Shown here piece by piece: positions 16,502-25,765 of a stretch of DNA of 26,245 nucleotides; the first letter of the stretch is position 1, and every line of letters begins with the position of its first letter. The notes beneath the pieces are model-generated. The model was not told the DNA's origin and searched no databases. It saw only the letters and a program-made list of their open reading frames with translations. The DNA lies in NCBI GenBank assembly GCA_964244895.1, contig CAXTKV010000051.1, positions 1 to 26,245 of the forward strand. The letters run 5' to 3'. A program made the translations under genes and the position numbers. The stretch comes from an uncultured Deinococcales bacterium (GTDB lineage: Bacteria > Deinococcota > Deinococci > Deinococcales > JAAFIG01).

Positions 16502-18010
16502 TCAACGCGCGAATTCGACGATCCAAGCGGAAAGCGGGTTGATTTGAGCGGAAAGCACGTCCAGGTGCGTCAATCCGGGCAACGAGCGCACCTGGATGCT
16601 GCGCCCGAGTTTCTTCTCGAGCGGTTTGAAACTCTCGGGATCCGTCACGATGCCGCGCCCACCCGCCACGACCAGCAAGGGCAGCTTGACCTCTGAAAGA
16701 TGCGTCAGCCGTAGGCCCCTGTTGATCGCCCAGCTCGGAGCCTCGAGCCCGATGGCCGCGATGTCGATGGACAACCGGGACGGGAAGTACCACTCCTGGT
16801 AGTCCACGCCGGACAGACCACCGTCGGGGTTCGGCACGGCCTGCCAGAAGCGCCGCGCGAAATCCACGGGGTCCGTGAACTCGTTCGGGTCGTTGGGTGC
16901 GGGCGCAATCCATTCGACCCGCGCCCCATCATCGTTCGGCCCGATGACTTCTCCGACGCGCAAGCCGCCGCCGAGCAGCAGCCCGAACGCGTTCAGCCCG
17001 AGCTTGGCGTTGCCCGTGAAACCCGCCGAAGTCGAGAACGCGCTGATCGGCGAGAAATCGTTGTCGCCGCCTCCGCTGCCCAGGATGCCCGCCGCCAGGT
17101 TCGAGGCGGGGTACGGCACGAAACCGCCCGGTGAATCGCCGTTCGGATCGGTGGCGGCCAAGAGCGCGGCGGCGCTGTATTTCGCCAACCCTGACGGTCC
17201 CAACCCGAGCGCATCGAAGTACGGCGTGGCTGCGCCAGCCTCGAGTTCCCTGGCTCCGGCGGTTCGGATGCCGAACGGCCCGTCCTGGCCGTCGTCGTAG
17301 GTGCGCTCGCTGACTGGAACGTCGCTCGAAACGGTGCTTCCCGCTGCGCCATCCAGCAGGATCAGGCCGTCCAGATCGCTCGCACCCGGCGCGCCCCGAA
17401 AATCCCAGCCCGCGTAGAGCGCGACCATCACGCTGCCCAGGCTGTGACCGCCCAGAAAGACTTTCGGCGCGAGCGTCCTGGCGCGTGCAATCACGGCGCG
17501 CAAATCTTCGAGGTGCGTCTCGAGCCCCCAGTAGCCCATGAACGCCAGGTCTTTTGGGCTTTTGGGTTGAAAGCCTTTCTGCGTTCCAGCGTCCCGCACG
17601 AAGTACCGCCAGGCGATAGATGGATCGCGCGTTCGGTTGGCCTCGAGCAGCGCGCCCTGATCCTCGAGCTGGTTGGAACGCCGATCCACCGCCCAGACCT
17701 CGAGCGCTCCGTCCTGCGCCACCACGCTGCGCGCCAGTCGGTCGAAGTTCGTGGCTCCACCCAGGAATCCCGGCATCAGCACGACGATGGCGCGAGGATT
17801 CGCGCTCTGCGGGGCGCGGTAGCGCAGGTAAATCGCGTTGTTCAACGCGTCCGGCGTGTGCGGTTCCTTGAAACCCGGAATCACATCGCGTTCGACCCGG
17901 ACGGCCTCGAGCGCTGCCGGGTTCGGCGCGGACTGGTTCGAGTACGGGCTGATGCTCGGCGCGCACGCCATCAACGCGAGTCCGACCACGACGGATGCGA
18001 GGTGTTTCAT
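16502..18010 (-). CDS. Alpha/beta-hydrolase-fold lipoprotein
   Basis: Start re-assigned to ATG 18010 (TATGCT lies 7 nt upstream; lipobox LMAC follows). Motifs PGFLGG, VWAVDRR, nucleophile GHSLG and C-terminal THLD. Confidence 0.85.
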   Translation of the reverse strand: MKHLASVVVGLALMACAPSISPYSNQSAPNPAALEAVRVERDVIPGFKEPHTPDALNNAIYLRYRAPQSANPRAIVVLMPGFLGGATNFDRLARSVVAQDGALEVWAVDRRSNQLEDQGALLEANRTRDPSIAWRYFVRDAGTQKGFQPKSPKDLAFMGYWGLETHLEDLRAVIARARTLAPKVFLGGHSLGSVMVALYAGWDFRGAPGASDLDGLILLDGAAGSTVSSDVPVSERTYDDGQDGPFGIRTAGARELEAGAATPYFDALGLGPSGLAKYSAAALLAATDPNGDSPGGFVPYPASNLAAGILGSGGGDNDFSPISAFSTSAGFTGNAKLGLNAFGLLLGGGLRVGEVIGPNDDGARVEWIAPAPNDPNEFTDPVDFARRFWQAVPNPDGGLSGVDYQEWYFPSRLSIDIAAIGLEAPSWAINRGLRLTHLSEVKLPLLVVAGGRGIVTDPESFKPLEKKLGRSIQVRSLPGLTHLDVLSAQINPLSAWIVEFAR

Positions 18011-18191
18011 GGGTTCGAGCATACGGTCGGTGGACGCGGGAGACCCCGACGGAGGCCACCCTTCGGGCGTCGCTGCATGCAATCGCGCCGTTCGCGGTGT
18101 GCGGCTGGCACAAACCTCGACGCGCCAACAAACCACGTGCGAAGGTCAGTCTCGAGATGGTGTTGACGCGAGGGCAACTGGACAGGGTGTT

Positions 18192-18294
18192 GTAGGGGTA
18201 GGGCTTGTCCCTACCCTTCCCTCGGGACGTGTTCGATCACTTTCGCAGGAGGTCGAATGCTTTTCGGAGGGGCGCAGTAAATTGCGCCCCTCCG
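18192..18294. repeat. REPIN-like doublet of GTAG/GGAG-headed hairpins
   Basis: GTAG-GGGTAGGG-CTTGT-CCCTACCC (18192-18216) and CGGAGGGGCGCA-GTAAAT-TGCGCCCCTCCG (18265-18294). Confidence 0.6.
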
Positions 18295-18340
18295 TCGGCA
18301 AGGTTTCTGGTGTGTCACCCGCTGTGAATGCTGCTGCAAC

Positions 18341-18387
18341 GCGTCCCGAACGGTGTTCTCGAGAAGAAGACCTTCTGGAACGGTGTC
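18341..18387. repeat. Degenerate boxes of the intergenic family with CTCGAG
   Basis: GCGTCCCGAACGGTGTTCTCGAG and CTTCTGGAACGGTGTC. Confidence 0.6.
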
Positions 18388-18415
18388 GCGCTGAAAACCG
18401 GTCGCGAGTCCGCCC

Positions 18416-18982
18416 TCAGGCCTCAGCCCGAGCAGTCTGTCGCGCTCTGGAAACGACCGCCACCAGCGCCACCAGGATGCCGAGCGCGAGCGGCACGCCC
18501 AGCATCAGCGACACGATCCAGACCATGCGGTTGACTTCCGGACTGGGGGCACTCAGCGCGAACCGACCGCTCGATTGAAATTTGCCGACGCCCAACAGGT
18601 ACAGCCCTTCCAGAGGTTGACCGTTGATGGTCGCTTTGAAGTGAATGTTCCACGTGCCTTCCGGCAACCCGAGCAGCACCTTAAACGCGCCAGCACCGGC
18701 GCGTTGGACTTCTCCGGGGATGGTGCGACCGCGCTCCCACTGGTCACCGATGGCGTTGACCTGCAAGGAATCGACGTTGATCGCGTCCGTACCGTTCGGG
18801 GCGAACACCGCCAGATCCATCCGACCGGCTTTCGGATCGAAACGGAACTCCGCCACACCTTTGCGCCGCACTTCCGCTTTGGCGTTTTCGGATTGCGCAA
18901 GCGCGAGGTTGGAAACCGCGATGCTCGAAACGAGGATAAACGCCATCAGCATGACCGCTAGAATTGAACCGGACTGCTTCAC
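18416..18982 (-). CDS. Hypothetical exported protein with C-terminal membrane anchor
   Basis: N-terminal signal (ALA|Q), beta-rich middle, C-terminal hydrophobic helix and basic tail. TAGAAT lies 6 nt before the GTG. Confidence 0.72.
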   Translation of the reverse strand: MKQSGSILAVMLMAFILVSSIAVSNLALAQSENAKAEVRRKGVAEFRFDPKAGRMDLAVFAPNGTDAINVDSLQVNAIGDQWERGRTIPGEVQRAGAGAFKVLLGLPEGTWNIHFKATINGQPLEGLYLLGVGKFQSSGRFALSAPSPEVNRMVWIVSLMLGVPLALGILVALVAVVSRARQTARAEA

Positions 18983-19032
18983 GCCGCCATTCTACGTCGC
19001 ACTTCAAGGTCATCTGTACTCGAGAAAAAAGG

Positions 19033-19097
19033 GAGAACACCGTCAGGTACGGTGTTCTCGAAGGGCTGAAATCCGCGTCCAGGACGGTCTTCTCGGG
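19033..19097. repeat. Fully symmetric single box plus a second box at 35-bp spacing
   Basis: GAGAACACCGT-CAGGT-ACGGTGTTCTC (19033-19059) and CGTCCAGGACG (19076-19086), then GTCTTCTCGGG. Confidence 0.85.
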
Positions 19098-19104
19098 ATT
19101 ATGT

Positions 19105-20085
19105 TCAGGAAGGAGTTCCTTCGTCGTAGGCCCTGATGATCTTGCCGACCAGCGGGTGACGCACCACGTCGGATTCCGTGAAATACACGAAATTGATGCC
19201 GTCGATGTTTTTCAGGATGCGTTTGGCTTCGCCCAGGCCGCTCAGGACGTTCTTCGGCAAGTCCACCTGCGTGATGTCGCCCGTGACCACGACCTTGGAA
19301 GAAAATCCCATGCGCGTCAGGAACATCTTCATCTGCTCGGGCGTGGTGTTCTGGGCTTCGTCCAGGATGATGAAGGCATCGTTCAGCGTGCGACCGCGCA
19401 TGAAGGCCAGCGGTGCGACCTCGATGGCTCCGCTCGTCAAATAAGAATCGAAGCGTTCAGCGTCGATCATGTCGAACAGCGCGTCGTAGAGGGGCCGCAA
19501 GTACGGGTCGATCTTGGCTTGCAGGTCGCCCGGCAAGAAGCCCAGGCGCTCACCGGCCTCGACGGCGGGTCGGGTCAGGATGATGCGTTTGACGCGCTTG
19601 GCCTTGAAGGCCGCGACCGCCATGGCCACCGCCAGGTAGGTCTTGCCCGTACCCGCCGGGCCGATGCCGAAGGTGATGTCGGAAGAATTGATCGCGTCCA
19701 CGTAGACGCTCTGACCCTTGGTTTTCGGGCGCAAGCGCTTGGGCAATTCCAGATCCTTGCTCAGCAGCTTCGTGTCTTCGAGCAGGCTTCCGCCCTCGCT
19801 CGAGACATCCACGGTGCGGTCGATCTCCTCGAGACTCAACTCGCCGCCCTGGCGCACCACGGACAGCAGATCGCGGATGGCGCGTTCGGCCAGTTCCACG
19901 TCTTCCGCTTCGCCTTCGATGCGGATCGAATCGCCGCGCGCCAGGATTTTCGCAATCAGCTTCTCGCGCAGGCGCTTGAGGTGTTGATCGTTCTCACCCA
20001 GCAGCGCGAGGGCTTCGTTGGGGTTGTGCAGCCGGATCGTTGCGGTCTGTGGCGTGTTCGTGTTGTCGGTCCTTTCCAGCGTCAT
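19105..20085 (-). CDS. phoH: PhoH-family ATPase (YbeZ-like)
   Basis: Walker [41 protein letters not shown] and GDITQVDLP. Confidence 0.95.
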   Translation of the reverse strand: MTLERTDNTNTPQTATIRLHNPNEALALLGENDQHLKRLREKLIAKILARGDSIRIEGEAEDVELAERAIRDLLSVVRQGGELSLEEIDRTVDVSSEGGSLLEDTKLLSKDLELPKRLRPKTKGQSVYVDAINSSDITFGIGPAGTGKTYLAVAMAVAAFKAKRVKRIILTRPAVEAGERLGFLPGDLQAKIDPYLRPLYDALFDMIDAERFDSYLTSGAIEVAPLAFMRGRTLNDAFIILDEAQNTTPEQMKMFLTRMGFSSKVVVTGDITQVDLPKNVLSGLGEAKRILKNIDGINFVYFTESDVVRHPLVGKIIRAYDEGTPS

Positions 20086-20155
20086 CGGGCTCGAGTGTGA
20101 CAGCCTTGGCTGCGGTTGGAATCCGGGTTTTGGCGTAGGCCAGCGTCTTTGCGGC

Positions 20156-20947
20156 TCATCTTCTGCGCGATTTGGGCGGGTTGAGGATCTCCGTCCAGAT
20201 CACCGCTCGAACGATATCACCGCTGGTCGCACTGCTCCATGAGCGGGTCTGCGAACCCTTCGAGACGACGCTCGCGCCCTGAGATTCGCGTTCGGCGGCG
20301 ATGGCGCGTTCTGCGGCGGCGGCGCTGATGTTGACGACCGCGCCCTGATCCTGAGCGCCAGCGGTCGTCACGGACGGTCTGATATTCGATTCAATCGGGG
20401 CGGAAACGGCTCGCGGTGCGGGTCGCGGCGTTTGCGGCGTTCGGGGTGGTGTGCGCCCAGCGCTCTGAGCTGGTGTTTGCCTGGTGGGTATCGTGGCTTG
20501 CGGCTGGCGAGTCTCGACGGCTTTGGTGAAATCGCGCAACAAATCCTCGAGCGATTGCGGTTGGCGCGATTGGGTCGAAGCGCTGGCGGGCGCGTCGCCC
20601 ATCTTGCGCGCCATCTCGCGCCGCAAACGCTCCTGCTCGTTGACCTGACCGGATTGCTCGAGGTCGCTGGCGAAGCTTCCCGCTCGGCTCGGCTGGCGGA
20701 AATCATCCGGTGCGTCCCGCTCGAGCTGACCCGGCCTGGTGCGCTCCAGATAGCTCTGCATGGATTGCGTGTTCGGGTCCGCCTCGCGGCGCTTGCGCGC
20801 CAGTTCCGCGCCCTGGCGCTCGAGTTCCGCCTGCTGCGCCGCGCGCTTTTGAGCTTCGGAGGTCGCTTTGAGTATGCCCGAAAGAATCCTGAAGGCAAAA
20901 AACCCGATGGTCAGAATCGTGATGATCGCGTTGATCGGAATGTTCAC
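20156..20947 (-). CDS. Hypothetical membrane-anchored, largely disordered protein (positionally YqfB-like)
   Basis: N-terminal TM helix, Q/P/R-rich linker and C-terminal VRAVIWTEILNPPKSRR. GTG 20947 is better spaced from GAGGA than TTG 20953. Confidence 0.75.
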   Translation of the reverse strand: MNIPINAIITILTIGFFAFRILSGILKATSEAQKRAAQQAELERQGAELARKRREADPNTQSMQSYLERTRPGQLERDAPDDFRQPSRAGSFASDLEQSGQVNEQERLRREMARKMGDAPASASTQSRQPQSLEDLLRDFTKAVETRQPQATIPTRQTPAQSAGRTPPRTPQTPRPAPRAVSAPIESNIRPSVTTAGAQDQGAVVNISAAAAERAIAAERESQGASVVSKGSQTRSWSSATSGDIVRAVIWTEILNPPKSRRR

Positions 20948-20956
20948 GGCCAAGTC

Positions 20957-21007
20957 CTCGAGAACACCGTCCTGGACGATGTCCCTATCTTGCGTGCCAG
21001 ACGGTGC
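20957..21007. repeat. Paired-box intergenic element, 44-bp type with CTCGAG
   Basis: CTCGAGA-ACACCGTCCTGGACG...GCGTGCCAGACGGTGC (core 20964-21007). Confidence 0.85.
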
Positions 21008-21029
21008 GTAAAACCTTCACCAGTCAACG

Positions 21030-22010
21030 TCACTTGCTCGAGTCGCGCTTGGCGGATTCGCTGATCGCGCCGCGCATGGACGTGTCGGCCTGGATGTTCT
21101 GCATGTTGTAGTAATCCATCACGCCCAGCTTGCCGCTCCTGAAGGCTTCACTGAGCGCCATCGGAACCTGCGCTTCGGCCTCGACGACCTTGGCGCGCAT
21201 CTCCTGGACGCGAGCCTGCATTTCCTGCTCCTGCGCGACCGCCATCGCGCGGCGCTCCTCGGCTTTGGCCTGCGCGATGCGCTTGTCGGCCTCGGCCTGA
21301 TCGGTTCTGAGCTGCGCGCCGATGTTCTTGCCGACATCCACTTCCGCGATGTCGATCGAAAGAATCTCGAAGGCCGTACCCGCGTCCAATCCCTTGGCCA
21401 GCACCGTCTTTGAAATCTTGTCCGGGTATTCCAGAACTTCCTTGTGCGAGACCGCGCTGCCGATGCTGGCGACGATGCCTTCACCGACGCGCGCGATGAT
21501 GGTTTCCTCGCCCGCGCCGCCGACCAGTCGGTCGATCTTGACGCGCACCGTGATGCGGGCTGTGGCCAGCAACTGAATGCCGTCCTGCGCCATGCCCTGC
21601 ACCATCGGGGTCTGGATGACCTTCGGGCGCACGGAAACCTGCACGGCTTCCAGCACGTCTCGGCCCGCCAGGTCAATCGCGGTGGCCTGATCGAAGGACA
21701 GCGGGATTCCGGCCTTGTCCGCCGCGATCAGCGCGTCAACAACTTTATCCACGTCGCCACCCGCCAGGAAGTGCGCCTCGAGCTTGTTCTGACCGACATC
21801 TTTCAGGCCCGCCTTGCGCGCCTTGATCAGCGGGTAAATGATCCGCGATGGTGCGACGCGCCGCAACTGCATCCCGATCAGGCTGGGCAACGGAACCAGC
21901 ACCCCGGACGCGACCGCAGAGATCCAGATCCCCAGGAACCTCCAGATGTAAGAGACGATGATGAGTACGAGTATGGCGACGATGATGATCAGAACCGTTG
22001 ATGTTGACAT
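21030..22010 (-). CDS. floA: Flotillin-like protein FloA (YqfA family)
   Basis: Motifs [58 protein letters not shown] and [12 protein letters not shown]. Confidence 0.95.
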   Translation of the reverse strand: MSTSTVLIIIVAILVLIIVSYIWRFLGIWISAVASGVLVPLPSLIGMQLRRVAPSRIIYPLIKARKAGLKDVGQNKLEAHFLAGGDVDKVVDALIAADKAGIPLSFDQATAIDLAGRDVLEAVQVSVRPKVIQTPMVQGMAQDGIQLLATARITVRVKIDRLVGGAGEETIIARVGEGIVASIGSAVSHKEVLEYPDKISKTVLAKGLDAGTAFEILSIDIAEVDVGKNIGAQLRTDQAEADKRIAQAKAEERRAMAVAQEQEMQARVQEMRAKVVEAEAQVPMALSEAFRSGKLGVMDYYNMQNIQADTSMRGAISESAKRDSSK

Positions 22011-22076
22011 TCAGTCTTCCCCTTTCGAGATTGAGCGATTGATGCGAGATGAACTTGAGTCTGTTCAAAAAACTCT

Positions 22077-22146
22077 TGACGGTATTCCCGAGAATACGCG
22101 AACCTCGACCGAGCTAAGAGACGCCGTCAGGTGCGGTGTTCTCGAG
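22077..22146. repeat. Degenerate boxes of the intergenic family with CTCGAG
   Basis: TGACGGTATTCCCGAG and AGACGCCGTCAGGTGCGGTGTTCTCGAG. Confidence 0.65.
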
Positions 22147-22161
22147 CATCGAATCTTCGGT

Positions 22162-23493
22162 TCACGTCCGCACGGATTTGACCACGACCCGGCGCCCCTC
22201 GACCCGCACGACCTCGAGCGAGGTTCCGACCGCGATGAATTCGCCGTCCGCCACGACATCGACGCGTTCGCCCTCGATGTCGGCCACGCCGGAAGGCCGC
22301 AGATCCGACAAGGCGCGCCCGTAGCGGCCCATCAGGTTCGGCCTGATGTTGCTGGTGCTGCCCGTCGCGGTGTTCCCCTCAAGGCTGGTCGCCAGCGCGA
22401 ACCGCCGCGTCAACGTGCTGGACGGTAGCAACCAGAACGCCAGCCCGATCCCCACGCCCGTCAGGATCACGGCCAATCCCGCCACCAGCGGGAAATCGCT
22501 GCCGAATTGCAGGTAGATGCTCGCCAGGATGCTGCCTGCGCCCAACAACCCGACGACCGTGGAACCGGGAATCAGCACCAGTTCCGCGCCCAGCAACAGC
22601 AACCCGGCGATCAAGAGCAGCAGCGCCACGCTCGAGCCGTTGCCCGCCAGGAACGACCCGCCGAAGTACGCCAATAACGCCACGCCGCCGACCACGCCGG
22701 GCAGGGCCACGCCTGGATGCAGCAATTCGATCAGGATGCCGATCACGCCGATGGCCAAGAGGATGGCCGCCACGATCGGTTGGGACAGGAACGCGCCGAG
22801 TTGCTCGGCGCTGGAAAGTTCAACTCGTTCGAGCTTGACTTTGCTGAACCCCGCCGAGCGCACCGCGTCCTCGAGCGTGCGCGCTTCTAGGTTGGCGACT
22901 TTGTATTTCACCGCATCGCTCGAGGTCAGCGTCAGGATCTCGCCCTTGTCCTTCAGGCCGGGAATGACCTTGTTCGGGCTGACCATGCCCTCGGCGGCGT
23001 CCGCGTTGCGCCCGCGCGTCTCGGCCACGCTGCGGAATTTGGTGCGCAGGGCGCTGTTGATTTTCTCGCCGACATCGCCTTCCAGCGCCTGACCATTGCC
23101 CGTGATCGGCAGGGCCGCGCCGATCTCGCTGCCGGGCAGCATGGCGACGCTTTCCGCGCTCATGGCGATCAGTGCGCCCGCGCTGAAGGCGTTGGTCACG
23201 ACCGCGACCGTGGGCACTGACGATGACACGATCCGATCCGACATGGCGATGGCGCTGTCCACGCGCCCGCCTGGGGTGTCCACGTCCAGCACCACGACGG
23301 GCACGTTGGCGGCTTCCGCCGCGTCGAGTTGCCTGTCCAGAAACGTCGCTAGGGCAGGGTTGATCTCGCCCTCGATTTTGATGATGCGTCCCGGCGTGGC
23401 CGGGTTCGCGGCCTGAGTTTGCCCACGGGCGAGGCCGATTAAACCCACCACGGCAAAGACGGCCAGGGCGAGCAGCTTCCATTGCGTTCTCAT
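22162..23493 (-). CDS. nfeD: Long-form NfeD family membrane-bound serine protease (YqeZ-like)
   Basis: Signal peptide, ClpP-like domain (DTPGG, AFSAGALI), TM region and C-terminal OB-fold (LRPSG...ERVDVVADGEFI). Confidence 0.92.
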   Translation of the reverse strand: MRTQWKLLALAVFAVVGLIGLARGQTQAANPATPGRIIKIEGEINPALATFLDRQLDAAEAANVPVVVLDVDTPGGRVDSAIAMSDRIVSSSVPTVAVVTNAFSAGALIAMSAESVAMLPGSEIGAALPITGNGQALEGDVGEKINSALRTKFRSVAETRGRNADAAEGMVSPNKVIPGLKDKGEILTLTSSDAVKYKVANLEARTLEDAVRSAGFSKVKLERVELSSAEQLGAFLSQPIVAAILLAIGVIGILIELLHPGVALPGVVGGVALLAYFGGSFLAGNGSSVALLLLIAGLLLLGAELVLIPGSTVVGLLGAGSILASIYLQFGSDFPLVAGLAVILTGVGIGLAFWLLPSSTLTRRFALATSLEGNTATGSTSNIRPNLMGRYGRALSDLRPSGVADIEGERVDVVADGEFIAVGTSLEVVRVEGRRVVVKSVRT

Positions 23494-23574
23494 CGTTCCT
23501 CAATCTACGCGTTCGGGCGCGCCAGCGTTCCCCCAAAGCTCACACTCGAGGGTCACGAGGGGCTCGAGAATTTG

Positions 23575-23594
23575 AAAACACCGTCCTGAACGCG
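23575..23594. repeat. Single box of the intergenic family
   Basis: AAAACACCGTCCTGAACGCG. Confidence 0.65.
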
Positions 23595-23644
23595 AGTCCC
23601 GACCCGATCACGCTCGGGTCACGCTCTCTCCTTAAACTCGTACC

Positions 23645-24685
23645 ATGCGATGGAAGCTTCCTTGGATCGGTCTGATCGCCGCGTTCGCGTTCGTCTCGGT
23701 GGCTCAGGACGCCGGGTACACCATCGAGCGGCGCGCCGTCAAACTGGGCTCGAGACTGATTTCCGCGACCATCGTCCGGGCGTCACGCGATCGATTCCGC
23801 CTCGGCGTGAGTATCGCCAACGGTCTGGTCGGCGGTGCGGCTTCTCTGGCCAGCATGGCATCCCGAGCGAAGGCCGTCTGCGCCATCAACGGCACCTTCC
23901 TGGCCGCCTACGAGGGGCAGACCGGAGAACCGTACGGCACGCTCGCGGTCGGCGGGAAGTGGTTGCACCTGGGCAGCGCCGGGACGCGGCTGGACGTGCT
24001 GGATGACGGCTCGATTCGGTTCTCTCGGGACGATCTGCGCGTGCTGGGCAGCCTGGACGGGTCGGTAAACTATCCGAATAACTGGTACGCTTACGGCATC
24101 AACCAATCGCCGCAGAACGCGAACTCGAGCTACGTTTTCACGCCGGAACGCGGTTCCAAGCTGGGTTTCCGAGCGCCCTTCGCGGCGATCGTGCGGAACG
24201 GCTTCGTGGTGCGCGTGGCCAAGGGTGAAGACGCGCAGATCCCCACGGACGGCTTCGTGATTGCGCTCTCCGGTAACGAAATCGATCAACTCGGCTCGAG
24301 ATTGACCGTCGGTCGCGGCGTCGCGTACCGCGTGGACTCGCGCTCCGGGCAACCGCTGAACGGCGTGCAGTACAGCCTGGGGGCTGGGCCGAAGCTGGTC
24401 ACAGGCGGCGCGATCAGCCTGAATCTGGAATCTGAGGGTTTCCGGTCATCGAAGATTCTGAGCGAACGCGGCGCGCGCAGCGCCGTCGGATTGAACGCCA
24501 CAGAACTCATCCTCGCGACCATCACCGACGCGACCGTGCGCGACGAGGCCGCCGTTATGGGGCAACTCGGTGCGACGGACGCCATGAACCTCGACGGCGG
24601 AGCCTCGAGCGCGCTGTGGTGCGGCGAGGACATCGTGGTGGGCGGTCGCAAGGTTCCCAACGCGCTGGTGCTGTGGAAAAAATAG
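23645..24685 (+). CDS. Secreted phosphodiester glycosidase family protein (NAGPA-like)
   Basis: Signal peptide. Motifs AINGTF, GAGPKLV, ARSAVG and AMNLDGGASS. TAAACT lies 6 nt before the ATG. Confidence 0.9.
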   Translation: MRWKLPWIGLIAAFAFVSVAQDAGYTIERRAVKLGSRLISATIVRASRDRFRLGVSIANGLVGGAASLASMASRAKAVCAINGTFLAAYEGQTGEPYGTLAVGGKWLHLGSAGTRLDVLDDGSIRFSRDDLRVLGSLDGSVNYPNNWYAYGINQSPQNANSSYVFTPERGSKLGFRAPFAAIVRNGFVVRVAKGEDAQIPTDGFVIALSGNEIDQLGSRLTVGRGVAYRVDSRSGQPLNGVQYSLGAGPKLVTGGAISLNLESEGFRSSKILSERGARSAVGLNATELILATITDATVRDEAAVMGQLGATDAMNLDGGASSALWCGEDIVVGGRKVPNALVLWKK

Positions 24686-24694
24686 GGGAGAGGG

Positions 24695-24745
24695 CTCGAG
24701 AACGCCGTCCTGGACACGGTTTGATGATTGCGTCCAGGACGGTGT
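24695..24745. repeat. Paired-box intergenic element, 44-bp type with CTCGAG
   Basis: CTCGAGA-ACGCCGTCCTGGACAC...GCGTCCAGGACGGTGT (core 24702-24745). Confidence 0.88.
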
Positions 24746-24883
24746 CGCCGTGACCTACCCGTCGCGCCTCGAACCCCGTGGAGCGCGAGAGCGACCTCGG
24801 TCTCGCCGCCGGGCGGAGGAAAGGACGGCTGATTGCTCGACGCGACTCGAGATGCCCGCGAAGGGCGCGGTAAACTCGCTCAC

Positions 24884-25723
24884 GTGACCATCGAAACCCG
24901 AGCCTTCCTGTTCGCGCACCCGGCGCGGCACTCGCTTTCGCCCGCGATGCACGACGCGGCGCTCAAAGCGATGGGTATTCCGGCGCGGTACGAGGCCAGG
25001 GACGTGCCGCCGGATCAGCTCAGAACTGCCCTGAACGCTTTGCGCGGGTCAAACATCTGGGGCGTGAACCTGTCCATCCCGCACAAGGAGCGCGCGTTTG
25101 AAATCGTGGACGACGTTTCCGAAGATGCGCGCGCCATCGGTGCGATCAATACGGTGATCGTGCGCGGCGACAGGCTCGAGGGGCGCAACACGGACGCGCC
25201 GGGCTTCATCGAGGGCTTGCGCGAGTCGGGCGTGGTCATTCCGGTGGCTGCGGTGACGGTTCTGGGGGCCGGCGGTGCGGCTCGCGGCATCGTCTGGGCG
25301 CTCCAACGCGCGGGCGCGGCCTGGGTCAAGGTCTGGAACCGCAACGTTGATCGCGCCGTGCGGCTGGCCGAGGAATTTGGTGCGACCGCCGTCTCGGACG
25401 ATGAACTCGAGGCTGCCGTGGTCGAATCCGATCTCCTGGTCAACACGACCAGCGTGGGTCTCGAAGACCCCGATGTCTCGCCGTTGCCGCCGGGATGGCT
25501 GCCTTCTGGATCGTGGTTCCCGGACGGCCCGGTCGTTTGCGACATCGTCTACCGCCCGCTCGAGACGCGGCTTTTGCGCGAGGCTCGAGAGGCCGGGTTG
25601 ACGACCGTGGATGGGCTGGGCATGCTCGTCCACCAGGGCGCGTTGGCGCTCGAGGCGTGGACGGAACGGGACGTTCCAGTGGACGCGATGCGCCGCGCCG
25701 CGCTGGGCGCGCTCGGGCATTGA
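24884..25723 (+). CDS. aroE: Shikimate dehydrogenase
   Basis: Motifs HSLSP-MH, GVNLSIPHK, GAINT, NTD, GAGGAAR, DIVYRP and DGLGMLVHQG. Start re-assigned to GTG 24884 (TAAACT lies 7 nt upstream). Confidence 0.95.
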   Translation: MTIETRAFLFAHPARHSLSPAMHDAALKAMGIPARYEARDVPPDQLRTALNALRGSNIWGVNLSIPHKERAFEIVDDVSEDARAIGAINTVIVRGDRLEGRNTDAPGFIEGLRESGVVIPVAAVTVLGAGGAARGIVWALQRAGAAWVKVWNRNVDRAVRLAEEFGATAVSDDELEAAVVESDLLVNTTSVGLEDPDVSPLPPGWLPSGSWFPDGPVVCDIVYRPLETRLLREAREAGLTTVDGLGMLVHQGALALEAWTERDVPVDAMRRAALGALGH

Positions 25724-25765
25724 TAAGACGTTGGAAGGTCTGCTGGCTCGTGAGCTCTGACCGAC

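Noticed and set aside
18011..18136. N-terminal extensions in the ORF track (hydrolase from 18136, aroE from 24833, lipoprotein from 12863)
   Set aside because: Downstream starts have better support from -10 spacing or an RBS and put the signal peptide or first motif at the N-terminus.
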